Positions 49,092 through 58,170 of a stretch of DNA of 64,000 nt are shown piece by piece. The stretch covers positions 64,001 to 128,000 of the forward strand of contig CBFGTS010000009.1 in the NCBI GenBank assembly GCA_965652295.1, in the 5' to 3' direction. This DNA is from an uncultured Haloferula sp. Its GTDB lineage: Bacteria; Verrucomicrobiota; Verrucomicrobiia; Verrucomicrobiales; Akkermansiaceae. Below the pieces are notes generated by a model. It did no database searches, was not told where the DNA came from, and saw only the letters and a program-made list of their open reading frames with translations. A program made the position numbers and the translations under genes. Numbering within the stretch: the first letter of the stretch is position 1; the number at the start of each line of letters is the position of its first letter.

Positions 49092-49697
49092 ATGAAGAAG
49101 TATTTAGGTCTCACCGCTGCGGCACTGATCACGGTGTCGGGAAGTCAGGCTGCTCTCGTCTCCCTCACCAATGCCGACTTCGAGGCAGGAGTGGGGAATT
49201 TCCCCGATGGATTTGATGCTGATCCGGATATTCCGGGATGGATGGACCTCACAATCACTGACGCAGGAGTTGAAGCTGCCGGTGCGTGGTGGGGTACGTT
49301 TGACGGTCATTCCGCCTTTTTGGCGGTCGGAAACGGCGCCTATCTCCTGAGCGGCTATACCATTCAGGATGGCGACGAGTTCACCGTCGGAGCCGCCGCC
49401 AAAACCTGGGACGCCACCTCCGAACTCACCGCTACGGTGTTCTATGATGATCCCGCGAACGTGATCGGAACTTACACCATCGGGGTCGATAATACTTGGA
49501 CCCTCTATTCGTCGACACCGATTGCGGCCACTCCGGCTTCGATCGGGGGAACGCTCGGGATCAGCATCGAGAATTCGGCGTCCAGCGGGTTCCTGAATTT
49601 CGACGACGTCTCGATCGATGTCGTTCCCGAGCCCTCGGTCGCCCTGCTGGGCGGTGTGGGTATCCTCGGTCTGCTTCGCCGCCGGCGCTCGTTCTGA
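49092..49697 (+). CDS. PEP-CTERM sorting domain surface protein (carbohydrate-binding-like body)
   Basis: Signal MKKYLGLTAAALITVSGSQA, LTNADFE...FDDVSI and VPEPSVALLGGVGILGLLRRRR. Confidence 0.92.
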   Translation: MKKYLGLTAAALITVSGSQAALVSLTNADFEAGVGNFPDGFDADPDIPGWMDLTITDAGVEAAGAWWGTFDGHSAFLAVGNGAYLLSGYTIQDGDEFTVGAAAKTWDATSELTATVFYDDPANVIGTYTIGVDNTWTLYSSTPIAATPASIGGTLGISIENSASSGFLNFDDVSIDVVPEPSVALLGGVGILGLLRRRRSF

Positions 49698-49728
49698 GCC
49701 GCTTCCGGTGATTTAGACATCTGATTTC

Positions 49729-49767
49729 CAAACGGGCGATGCCGCGACGGCGTCGCCCGTTTTGTTT
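49729..49767 (+). terminator. Intrinsic terminator
   Basis: aaacgggcgatgcc-gcga-cggcgtcgcccgttttgttt. Confidence 0.75.
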
Positions 49768-49779
49768 GCCGCAGGAATC

Positions 49780-49849
49780 GGCGTCCTTGGCGACCGATTC
49801 ACTGCTCTCGATTCCCGTCGCCCACGCCCTCATCGTAAGCGCCAAAGAG
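49780..49849 (+). repeat. Degenerate direct copy of the priA leader and first ~13 codons (49942-50015)
   Basis: ggcgtccttggcga..cgattcactgctctcgattcccgtcgcccacgccctcatcg versus ggcgtccttggcga..cgattcactcctcccgatgcccgccgcccgcgtcctgatcg. Confidence 0.7.
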
Positions 49850-49976
49850 GCCCAACGAGCACAAACCGTAGGAGCAGGCCCTGCCGATTCCTCACGGAAC
49901 CGGCCACTGCCACGCAAACCGCCATCCCGGCCAAATTCCTTGGCGTCCTTGGCGAGTTGTCGATTCACTCCTCCCG

Positions 49977-52244
49977 ATGCCCGCCGCCCGCGTCCTGATC
50001 GACGGCCCCTCCGAGCTCGTCTTCGACTACGCCATTCCTGACGGACTTCCCGTCCGGGCCGGCTGCCGCGTCCGTGTTCCCCTGCGCAACAAGACCTCCA
50101 CCGGCACCGTCCTCGCCGTCTCCGATACCGATCCCGCCGACCTTGGCTTCGCTTTGCGGCCGCTCCATTCCCTCACCGATCCCGAACCGCTCCTCACGCC
50201 GAAGCTCCTCGAACTCGCCCGCTGGATCGCCGACTACTACGCATGCAGTATCGAGAGCGTCGTCCGCGTCCTCCTTCCCGAAGCCGTCCGCACCGAGGAC
50301 AACTCCGCCAAGACCCGCAAGGCCGTCGTCCTCGCCCAGTCGCCCGACGAGGAAACCCTCGCCCAGCTCGCCAAGCGCGCGCCCAAGCAACACACCATTC
50401 TCTCCCTGCTGGTTCACACCCCGGGGAACCACCTCCTGCTGACCGACCTCGGTGCCACCGCCGCGGCCAGCGTCAAAGCCCTTGCGACAAAAGGCCTCGT
50501 CCGTCTGATCGACCAGGAAATCCGCCGTGACCCCGAAGCCGACGGCATCGAGGAAATCCTTCCCACCATCGATCTCCCGCTTTCTGAAGAACAACAAGCC
50601 GCCCTCGACGCCATTCTCGCCAACGTGGAGTGCACGGTGCGGAACGCGGAACAGGATCCCGGCTCCACGCTCCGCACTCCGCGCTCACCGCTTCTGCTCC
50701 ACGGCGTCACCGGCTCCGGTAAAACCGAAGTCTACCTCCAGGCCGCCCGCGCCACCCTCCAGGCCGGGAAAACCGTCCTCGTCCTCGTCCCCGAAATCTC
50801 TCTCACCCCCCAGACCGTCCGTCGTTTCCGCGCCCGCTTCGCCGACGTCCAGGAGCAGGTGGCCGTGCTTCATTCGAACCTGAGTCAAGGCGAGCGCTTC
50901 GACGAGTGGCACCGCATCCGCAAGGGCAAGGCCCGCATCGTCATCGGTGCCCGCTCCGCCGTCTTTGCACCGCTACCCGACCTCGGGCTCATCCTCATCG
51001 ATGAGGAACACGAGAACACCTACAAGCAGGACCAGATCCCCCGCTACCACGGCCGCGATGTCGCCGTGCTCCGCGGCCACCTCGAAGGGGCCACCGTCGT
51101 GCTCGGCACCGCCACCCCTTCGCTCGAATCCTGGCAAAACGCCCTCGACGGCAAATACCAGCTCCTCCGTCTAACCCACCGCGTCGACAGCCAGTCGCTC
51201 CCCCTCATCCGCGTCGTCGACATGCGGCTGGAGTCGAAAAAGCAAAAGTCCAAGGACACCTTCCTTTCCGACCGCCTCCGCAACGCCATCCAGAACCGCC
51301 TCGAAAAGAACGAGCAGACCATTCTCTTCCTCAACCGCCGCGGCTTCGCCCGCTCGCTCCAGTGCCCCGCCTGCGGCCACGTCTGCCAGTGCCCCCACTG
51401 CGCCCTCGCCCTCACCTACCATCGCACCGACGACCGCCTGATCTGCCATATCTGCGGCCATCAGGCCGTGGTTCCGCGGAAATGCCCCGAGTGCAAGGAC
51501 CCTGCCATCATCCTCCAGGGCTTCGGCACCCAGAAGGTCGAAGACGTTTTCCGCAAAGTCTTCCCCACCGCCCGCATCGCCCGCATCGATGCCGACGCCC
51601 TGCGGAAAAAGAACGCCCTGCGCGACCTGCTCAACGCCTTCCGCGCCCGTAAGATCGACTTGCTCATCGGTACCCAGATGATCGCCAAAGGCCTCCATTT
51701 CCCCAACGTCACCCTGGTAGGCATCCTGAATGCCGACATCGGCCTCCACGTCCCCGATTTCCGCGCCGGCGAGCGCGTCTTCCAGCTCCTCACCCAGGTC
51801 GCCGGTCGTGCCGGCCGTGGCGCGTTGGAGGGGGAGGTGATTGTCCAGACCTTCACCCCCCACTCGCCGAGCATCCAGTTCGCCCGACACCACGATTTCG
51901 ATGGCTTCGCCGAGCAGGAGCTCGAAATGCGCCGCCAGTTCGGCTACCCGCCCTTCACCCGCTGCGCCGTCCTTACCAGCCGCTCCACCCACGAGCGCCG
52001 CGCCGAGTTCACCCTTCAGACGCTTCACCGGCGGTTAAAGGAGGACCTCCCCCAGGGCATCGAGCTCGGCGAGCCCCTCCCCAGCCCGCTGGTGAAGGCA
52101 CACGGTCAATACCGCTTCCAACTCATCCTGCGCGGGCCGAAGGCCCGTCCGCTGACAAAGCACGTGCAGCAGGTCCTCGCCAGAACCACCCTCCCGGAGG
52201 ACGTGACGGTCGTCTTTGATATGGACGCTCTCTCCTTCAGCTGA
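49977..52244 (+). CDS. priA: Primosomal protein N' (replication restart helicase)
   Basis: LLHGVTGSGKTEVY, LVPEI, DEEH, NRRG, four CxxC pairs, GTQMIAKG and QVAGRAGR. Confidence 0.97.
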   Translation: MPAARVLIDGPSELVFDYAIPDGLPVRAGCRVRVPLRNKTSTGTVLAVSDTDPADLGFALRPLHSLTDPEPLLTPKLLELARWIADYYACSIESVVRVLLPEAVRTEDNSAKTRKAVVLAQSPDEETLAQLAKRAPKQHTILSLLVHTPGNHLLLTDLGATAAASVKALATKGLVRLIDQEIRRDPEADGIEEILPTIDLPLSEEQQAALDAILANVECTVRNAEQDPGSTLRTPRSPLLLHGVTGSGKTEVYLQAARATLQAGKTVLVLVPEISLTPQTVRRFRARFADVQEQVAVLHSNLSQGERFDEWHRIRKGKARIVIGARSAVFAPLPDLGLILIDEEHENTYKQDQIPRYHGRDVAVLRGHLEGATVVLGTATPSLESWQNALDGKYQLLRLTHRVDSQSLPLIRVVDMRLESKKQKSKDTFLSDRLRNAIQNRLEKNEQTILFLNRRGFARSLQCPACGHVCQCPHCALALTYHRTDDRLICHICGHQAVVPRKCPECKDPAIILQGFGTQKVEDVFRKVFPTARIARIDADALRKKNALRDLLNAFRARKIDLLIGTQMIAKGLHFPNVTLVGILNADIGLHVPDFRAGERVFQLLTQVAGRAGRGALEGEVIVQTFTPHSPSIQFARHHDFDGFAEQELEMRRQFGYPPFTRCAVLTSRSTHERRAEFTLQTLHRRLKEDLPQGIELGEPLPSPLVKAHGQYRFQLILRGPKARPLTKHVQQVLARTTLPEDVTVVFDMDALSFS
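50625..50688. repeat. In-frame 7-bp-periodic imperfect palindrome inside priA
   Basis: gtg gagtgca cggtgcg gaacgcg gaac ... ctc cacgctc cgcactc cgcgctc ac. Confidence 0.7.
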
Positions 52245-52281
52245 CCCGGCTCTTCCGCCCGCTGTGGAGAGCTCTTTTCCC

Positions 52282-52319
52282 ATAGGTCCTATAGGACCTA
52301 TCCCCCGGCAGCCTGCCTC
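52282..52319. repeat. ATAGGTCCTATAGGACCTAT palindromic repeat, copy 2
   Basis: Perfect 20-bp palindrome plus the flank cccccggcagcctgcctc shared with 42236-42273. Confidence 0.8.
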
Positions 52320-52333
52320 CCCAGGTCCCGCGG

Positions 52334-53023
52334 TCACTTTCTGCGCGCAAGGTAGATGCAGTGCCGCGGCTTCTTGGATTTTTCGTGAGGCTTGGCGGGC
52401 ACCGCTTCGACCCGGAAACCCGCACGCAAAAGCTTTTTCTCAAACTCCGGCGTCGGATGGGCCATCCAATAGGCCGCACAGCCGTCCGGCTTGAGAGCCT
52501 CACGGACCTTGGCGAAGAACGACGGCGTGTAGAGCCGCGAGTTGCCCTCGGTGATCAGCATGTCGGGGCCGTCGTCGATGTCGACCAGCAGAGCATCGAT
52601 ACTACTTTTCCCGTACTTCGCCAGGCATTCGAAAAGATCGCCCTGATGCACGCGGGTTCGTTCGTCGTCGAGGATCGGTCCGTTGTGTTCGGAAAGAAAC
52701 GTGCGGTTCCATTCGATGATCTCCGGCATCAACTCCGCCACCTCGGCGGTCGCCGGGCTTCCCACCACTTCCAGCGCGCGCTTCAGGGTGAATCCCATCC
52801 CGAGCCCGCCGATCAACACCCGCGGATGCGCCGGACGGCCCGGCTTGCCGGCCGCGATCGCCGCGCAACCAAGTTCGGCAAGCAACTCCTCCGAATAGGT
52901 CATCCGCGTGCTCATCAGCTCACGACCGTCGTTCTTGAGGTAGAACTTCCCGTCGTGCTGGTGCAGGGAAAACACGGTGCCATCGGCCAGCCGGGCCTCG
53001 GCGAGTTGGATGTACGGCTTCAC
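52334..53023 (-). CDS. Spermidine synthase-like SAM-dependent methyltransferase (paralog of 4384-5043)
   Basis: VLIGGLGMGFTLKR, AELMPEIIEWNR and DALLVDIDDGP. Start GTG 53023 (ATG 53035 is an alternative). Confidence 0.85.
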   Translation of the reverse strand: MKPYIQLAEARLADGTVFSLHQHDGKFYLKNDGRELMSTRMTYSEELLAELGCAAIAAGKPGRPAHPRVLIGGLGMGFTLKRALEVVGSPATAEVAELMPEIIEWNRTFLSEHNGPILDDERTRVHQGDLFECLAKYGKSSIDALLVDIDDGPDMLITEGNSRLYTPSFFAKVREALKPDGCAAYWMAHPTPEFEKKLLRAGFRVEAVPAKPHEKSKKPRHCIYLARRK

Positions 53024-53114
53024 TCCCGCGACCATTCCCGGATTCACCCCGTGGGCAAGGACAGAGGCAAGGCAGCGGACCGCGGCCCGGATCGCCTCCT
53101 GCCCGCCAACCACG

Positions 53115-53148
53115 AAAGAGCCGGAGCCCCGCAGAGGAACTCCGGCCC
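53115..53148 (-). terminator. Intrinsic terminator after the TonB-dependent receptor
   Basis: On the minus strand, gccggagttcc...ggggctccggc followed by tcttt. Confidence 0.7.
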
Positions 53149-53171
53149 TTCAGATACGTGTCGAAAGCCGC

Positions 53172-55418
53172 TTAGAAGGTCGCCTCCACCCCCGCGAACC
53201 AGGTCCGCGGCAAGTTCGTCCGCGGGCCTTCCGGCAGACGGGTCACCACCGCCCGTTCGTCGAACAGATTGTGCAGGCCACCCACCAGCTTGACGTGGTC
53301 GTTGATCTTGTAGTCCCCGGTCAAGTCCACCGTCAGCACGGCATCGATCTTGCCCTGGCGTGCCGTGGTCACCGGCACCGGAGAATTCAACGCCGTGCCA
53401 TAGGTGTGGCTGAGGAACAGGGCGTCGAGGTTCACTCCCCAGCGCTCGGCCTCAAAGCCGATCCCCGCCGCCAGCTTCCATTCCGGCACGTAGGGAATGT
53501 CCGCCCCCGGTTGACCGCCAGCGTAGATATCATCCGCGCCACCGGTCGTCAGCGCCTGCTTCAACTCCGCGCTCGTCCAGGTGGCGCTGACATACATCGG
53601 TAAGCCATAAGCCCAGCCGCGGTCCACCGCCGGATCGTAGGCGATCAGGCTTTCCACGCCCCATGTTTCGGCCTTGCCCGCGTTCTGATTCACCCCGCCC
53701 GCGAGGCCCGCATCGACGCCGATCAGGTTCTCGAAGTCGGTGAAGAAGGCCGCGGTGTCGAGTGTCAGCCCGCCGTTGCGGTACCGCCAGCCCAGCTCAT
53801 AGCCGAGGCTTTCCTCGATATCGACACCGCCCATGAACGAGCTCGGGCCCGGCAGAGAGACTCCGCGGTAGATGCCACCATACATCGAGTGACAGTCATT
53901 GAACTCGTAGTTGGCACCGATCCCGCCAGCCCACACGTCGAGATCATCGGACATCTTCAGGCCACCGCCGTTGAAGTTGGTAGCGGCCAGCTCCACGTGC
54001 TCATAGCGCACGCCCGGACGCAGCGTGAGTTGGCCGATCTTGACCACATCCTCGACGAAGAGTGAGGTGGCGAAGGCTTCCTCAAGCGCGTTGCTCTCGT
54101 CGCCCGGAGTACCGCGGCTGATCGAGGTGAACGTGCCGTCACCGTTGGCGTTGAAGACATCCACCCACTGTTCGCGGAATACCCGGTCGTAGTGAAGCCG
54201 CAACCCCGCCGTCAGCTCATGCTGCACCGCTCCGGTATCGAAAAGCCAGGTAGCCTGATTCTGCCAGCCGTAGGCATCGTAGTACCGCGCGTTGGCCTTG
54301 ACCCCGATCGATCCGGGTGCCGAGCCCTGCAACACCGCCAGCAGACCGGGGTTGAGCAGCGCCGCATTCAGACTGGTACGGCCCGAACCTCCCGAGATCC
54401 GTCCGCGTCCGTCGATCCCCGGATTCAGCGTCGTGGACACATGGTCGAGCTTGTACCAGTTGCGCTCGAATTGATTCCAATAAAGCGCCGACTCCAAGCT
54501 GAAAGAGTCGCTGGGCTCGACCAAGTATTTGAAATATGATCGCGTCTGCTCCGTGTCCATGTGGTCGAAGGCCGATGCCACATAGCGGGCGTCCGGGTTG
54601 AACCGCGCGTCCGCTTCGGACAGCCCCAGATAACCTTCGTCGGACTCGAAATCCGTATGGCCGATCTTGAACTCGAAACGCTGCCGCACCGGCCCGTCGA
54701 GTTCCCAGAACGCCTTGAACATGGGCTCCCACAACTGGAATCCGCTGTCGCGATCCAAGCCGCCCAGGTATTTCCGGTAGCCATCGGTCTGCTGGCCGTG
54801 GAACTCCAGCACATAGCCGAAGCGGCCGCCCTCGACCTCCACGGTGTCTCCGTACCAGGTGTGATTGGAGAAGGTCGAATCACTCCCTCCGGTCGTCCGT
54901 GAGTAGAAGTTCGAGTCCACCGGTACCTCGGTGGACAAGAAATTCAGCACCCCACCGGTGGTCTGAGGACCGTAACGCACCTGGCTCGAGCCCTTGAGCA
55001 CCTCCACTGCCGACATCCGCGCCACCTTCGGAAAATAGTAAGCCGCCGGTGCCGAGTACGGGGCTGGAGCGGTCAGGATGCCGTCCTCCATCACCGTGAC
55101 CTTCTCCGTCCGCGTGCCATCCGCACCGCGCATCGAGATATTCGGGAAATTGCCGTATCCATCCTCCTGGCGGACATACACACCCGGCACCTTCGCCAGC
55201 ACGCTGGCGATGTCCGTGTAGCCCCGCTCGCGGAATTCCTCAGCGTCCACGTAGGCCGCGGAACCTGCCAGGTTCCACACGTTTTCAACGCTGCCCACCA
55301 CCGTCAACGGTGCCAACGTGTCCAGCGGCTCCACCGCATCCTGCCCCACAGCCGACCCGGCCAGGGCCATCAGTCCGGCGCAGACCAGCAGCTCAATTCT
55401 TCGGTTGGTCATTTTCAT
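53172..55418 (-). CDS. TonB-dependent receptor, FecA-like
   Basis: Signal peptide, plug VPGVYVRQEDGYG..NISMRG, EVLKGSSQVRYGPQTTGGVLN, NLFD and a terminal Phe. Confidence 0.92.
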   Translation of the reverse strand: MKMTNRRIELLVCAGLMALAGSAVGQDAVEPLDTLAPLTVVGSVENVWNLAGSAAYVDAEEFRERGYTDIASVLAKVPGVYVRQEDGYGNFPNISMRGADGTRTEKVTVMEDGILTAPAPYSAPAAYYFPKVARMSAVEVLKGSSQVRYGPQTTGGVLNFLSTEVPVDSNFYSRTTGGSDSTFSNHTWYGDTVEVEGGRFGYVLEFHGQQTDGYRKYLGGLDRDSGFQLWEPMFKAFWELDGPVRQRFEFKIGHTDFESDEGYLGLSEADARFNPDARYVASAFDHMDTEQTRSYFKYLVEPSDSFSLESALYWNQFERNWYKLDHVSTTLNPGIDGRGRISGGSGRTSLNAALLNPGLLAVLQGSAPGSIGVKANARYYDAYGWQNQATWLFDTGAVQHELTAGLRLHYDRVFREQWVDVFNANGDGTFTSISRGTPGDESNALEEAFATSLFVEDVVKIGQLTLRPGVRYEHVELAATNFNGGGLKMSDDLDVWAGGIGANYEFNDCHSMYGGIYRGVSLPGPSSFMGGVDIEESLGYELGWRYRNGGLTLDTAAFFTDFENLIGVDAGLAGGVNQNAGKAETWGVESLIAYDPAVDRGWAYGLPMYVSATWTSAELKQALTTGGADDIYAGGQPGADIPYVPEWKLAAGIGFEAERWGVNLDALFLSHTYGTALNSPVPVTTARQGKIDAVLTVDLTGDYKINDHVKLVGGLHNLFDERAVVTRLPEGPRTNLPRTWFAGVEATF

Positions 55419-55445
55419 AGTTCTCGAAGATTTCGCGCGAACGAC

Positions 55446-55460
55446 TGAGACGCATTCGCA
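55446..55460. promoter_or_regulatory. Putative Fur-type iron box
   Basis: TGAGACG-C-ATTCGCA, an imperfect 7-1-7 palindrome resembling TGAGAAT-N-ATTCTCA, 28 bp upstream of the receptor start. Confidence 0.5.
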
Positions 55461-55610
55461 GCAACGGCGGCGGTGTGAGCCGATCCCACGCCGAGCGCAA
55501 TCCCGGACTCTGACATTCCACCCCCCCGGATGTGACGGAAAGCTACAAGCGCCCATGTCTGGCACAGCTGTGACGATTCCCAGTAGGGCCCACCTTCACT
55601 CACGGCCGGA

Positions 55611-57179
55611 CTACCCCGCCACGGCGTCGGCGACGCGCATACCGTCGAGGGCGGCGCTGACGATGCCCCCGGCGTAACCCGCGCCTTCTCCGCAGGGAAA
55701 AAGACCGGCGAGATCGGGATGCTGGAGCGTCGAAGAATCGCGCGGAATACGCACCGGCGAGCTGGTCCGGGTTTCAAAGCCGAGCAGCAGGCCCTGCCCC
55801 CCGGCGAATCCGCGGATGCGCCGGTCGAAGAGATTCAAGCCATCGCGCATGCGGCTGACAATGCCGCTTGGCAGGAGATCGTGCAGCGGAACGCTCCTCG
55901 CTCCCGGGAAGTAGCTCATCTCCGGGAGATCGGCGGACAGCTTCCCGGCGAGGAAATCGGAGACGCGCTGACCCGGCGCGACCTGCCCGCCCCCTCCGGC
56001 ATTCTTGGCGACCCGCTCCAGCTCCTTCTGGTAGGCGATCCCCGCCAGCACGCCGTGCTCCTTTTCAAAGCGGGCGACATCCTCAGGCTCGACGGTGACG
56101 ACGAACCCGGAGTTCGCGAAGGGGGAGTCGCGGCGGGCGAGACTCATACCATTGACCACCACTTCGTCGTTTTCCGTGGCGGCGGGAACGATGAACCCGC
56201 CGGGACACATGCAGAAAGAATGGACGCCACGGCCGCGGATCTTGGTCGCCAGCGAGTAGCGGGCGGCAGGCAACAGGCGGGGCCGCTCGCCGTCCTTGCC
56301 GAGGTGATACTGGCAGCGGTCGATGAACGGCTGGGGGTGCTCGATCCGCACGCCGACCGCAAAAGGCTTCGGCTCCAGCAGGATTTTTTCCTCAGCCAGC
56401 AGCCGGTAGATGTCGCGCGCGCTGTGGCCGGTGGCCAGGATCACTCGATCCGCGACGACCTCCCCGCCATCGGCAAGGCTCACGCCACGGATCTTTCCTT
56501 CGCTCCGCAGCAGGCCCGCGACCTTGGCCCCGAAACGCACCTCGCCACCCGCCGCGCGGATCGACTCGCGCATCGCCATGACCACCTTCGGCAAAAGATT
56601 CGAGCCGATGTGCGGATGGGCATCGATCAGGATCCGCTCCGGTGCACCGTGGGCGACGAGGATCTCGTAGACCCGCCGGACCGGGCCACGCTTGGTGGCG
56701 CGGGTGTAGAGCTTGCCATCGGAAAACGTTCCCGCCCCGCCCTCGCCGAAGCAGTAGTTCGAGTCCTCGATCACCCGGCCCTCCCGCAGAATCGGCGCGA
56801 GGTCGAAACGGCGCGCGGAGGCGTCCTTGCCGCGCTCGAGAACGATCGGCTTCAGCCCGAGTTCCAAGCAGCGTAGTGCGGCGAACATGCCGGCCGGGCC
56901 GCAGCCGACGATCGCCACCGCCCGCGGATTCGCCGGCAGCGGCGGGCATTCCCACCTCGGTGCGATTTCCTCAGGCAGTGGCCCGTCCACGCCCACCTCC
57001 AACCGGAGCTGGACCTTCACCTCACGCTGGCGGGCATCGATAGAATGCTTCAGCAGCCGCACCTCCGAAACCCCAGGCAGGCCCAGTTTTTTCGCCGCCG
57101 CCTGATGCCATGCCGCGGCATCCTCGGATGCGGCGAGCGGCAGGACCACGTCGACCGTTTCAATCCTGACGTCGCTCAT
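55611..57179 (-). CDS. NAD(P)/FAD-dependent oxidoreductase (COG2509-like)
   Basis: VGCGPAGMF, FGEGGAGTFSDGKL, SFCMCPGG, ETRTSSP and GEGAGYAGGI. Confidence 0.9.
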   Translation of the reverse strand: MSDVRIETVDVVLPLAASEDAAAWHQAAAKKLGLPGVSEVRLLKHSIDARQREVKVQLRLEVGVDGPLPEEIAPRWECPPLPANPRAVAIVGCGPAGMFAALRCLELGLKPIVLERGKDASARRFDLAPILREGRVIEDSNYCFGEGGAGTFSDGKLYTRATKRGPVRRVYEILVAHGAPERILIDAHPHIGSNLLPKVVMAMRESIRAAGGEVRFGAKVAGLLRSEGKIRGVSLADGGEVVADRVILATGHSARDIYRLLAEEKILLEPKPFAVGVRIEHPQPFIDRCQYHLGKDGERPRLLPAARYSLATKIRGRGVHSFCMCPGGFIVPAATENDEVVVNGMSLARRDSPFANSGFVVTVEPEDVARFEKEHGVLAGIAYQKELERVAKNAGGGGQVAPGQRVSDFLAGKLSADLPEMSYFPGARSVPLHDLLPSGIVSRMRDGLNLFDRRIRGFAGGQGLLLGFETRTSSPVRIPRDSSTLQHPDLAGLFPCGEGAGYAGGIVSAALDGMRVADAVAG

Positions 57180-57180
57180 C

Positions 57181-57996
57181 TTACTGCGTGGGCGCCGTCG
57201 TTGGCGGTGCCTGCTTCTTCTCGGCGGCGTCCTTGATTTCCTCCCACTGGTTGCGGAGTTTCCTCAGTTCGCCGTTCTCCGAGGCCTCTTTGAAGGCCGC
57301 CATGCCGCCGGTCATCAACCCGAGCACGCCGATCGCCAGCGCCCCCAGGAAAAGCAGCCAGTAGAGCACCGCCAGCACCTTGCCCACGGTATCAAGCCGT
57401 TTTGTGTAAATGTAGCCCGGCGGACAGGCGAAGAGACGGTACTGGAGCCAGATATTCAGAAATGGCACGAAGAGAAATCCGAGCAGCCACCAGCCCGACA
57501 TGCCGAGGTTTTGAAAGCGTTTCACCGTGACCACCAGAATCACGATCACCGGGATCAGCATCAGTAGGGCGGCGAAAGACTCGTTCCCCTTGCCAAGCAG
57601 CGGGGAAACCTGAGGGACGGCGAGGGCGATGCCCGCGAACAAGGCCGCCGGCAGCACGGTGGTGCCGAGGAACCATCCTAGGCGCGTGGCACCCGGCAGA
57701 CGGAGTTTTTCCGCGCCGCGCTGGCTGAAATCGAAGTCACCGCTGTCGGAAAGCTTGTCCTCGCCTGGAATGCGCGGCTCGCCGGTCTCCTCCGCGAGCG
57801 GGGACGGCGAGTTCCGCTCGAAGACACCATCCACATCGCCGGCAGGCACCCAATCAGCCAGGTCGGCACTGAAGAGCATGTCCGTCCTCGGTTCCAGGCG
57901 TCCCGCCTTGGCGGCCTCGACCACCTCGGCAAACGTCACCGGTCCAAACTGGTGCCCCTCCCGGGAAACCCACCATTCGTCTTTCTGCTCCGCCAT
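57181..57996 (-). CDS. GYF_2 (DUF4339) plus DUF805-like membrane protein
   Basis: EWWVSREGHQFGPV...DWVPA and VKRFQNLGMSGWW. Confidence 0.78.
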   Translation of the reverse strand: MAEQKDEWWVSREGHQFGPVTFAEVVEAAKAGRLEPRTDMLFSADLADWVPAGDVDGVFERNSPSPLAEETGEPRIPGEDKLSDSGDFDFSQRGAEKLRLPGATRLGWFLGTTVLPAALFAGIALAVPQVSPLLGKGNESFAALLMLIPVIVILVVTVKRFQNLGMSGWWLLGFLFVPFLNIWLQYRLFACPPGYIYTKRLDTVGKVLAVLYWLLFLGALAIGVLGLMTGGMAAFKEASENGELRKLRNQWEEIKDAAEKKQAPPTTAPTQ

Positions 57997-58048
57997 CCCG
58001 TGCGCTTCTTATCGCTCGCCCGCCACCCGGTCAATCCCGCCGCTTCAC

Positions 58049-58164
58049 TTTGGAGTGCTCCGGCATGACGGAGCTTTGAAGGTAGAGCCGAAAGTCGCCT
58101 GGCGAGCCGGGCCGGAGCCGGCATGTCGGCCATGAAAGTTCCGATCTGCTCGGAACACTCCGAA
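58049..58164. repeat. REPIN-like inverted pair of GGAGTG-TCCG...CGGA-CTTT palindromes
   Basis: Left TTTGGAGTGCTCCGGCATGACGGAGCTTT; right (reverse complement) TTCGGAGTGTTCCGAGCAGATCGGAACTTT. Confidence 0.65.
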
Positions 58165-58170
58165 CCGGAC

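Noticed and set aside
55470..55610. Possible cobalamin riboswitch upstream of the TonB receptor
   Set aside because: The conserved B12-box elements (GGGAA..GGTG..AATCC, GCCACTG, AGxCAGxAxACC) are not present in order.
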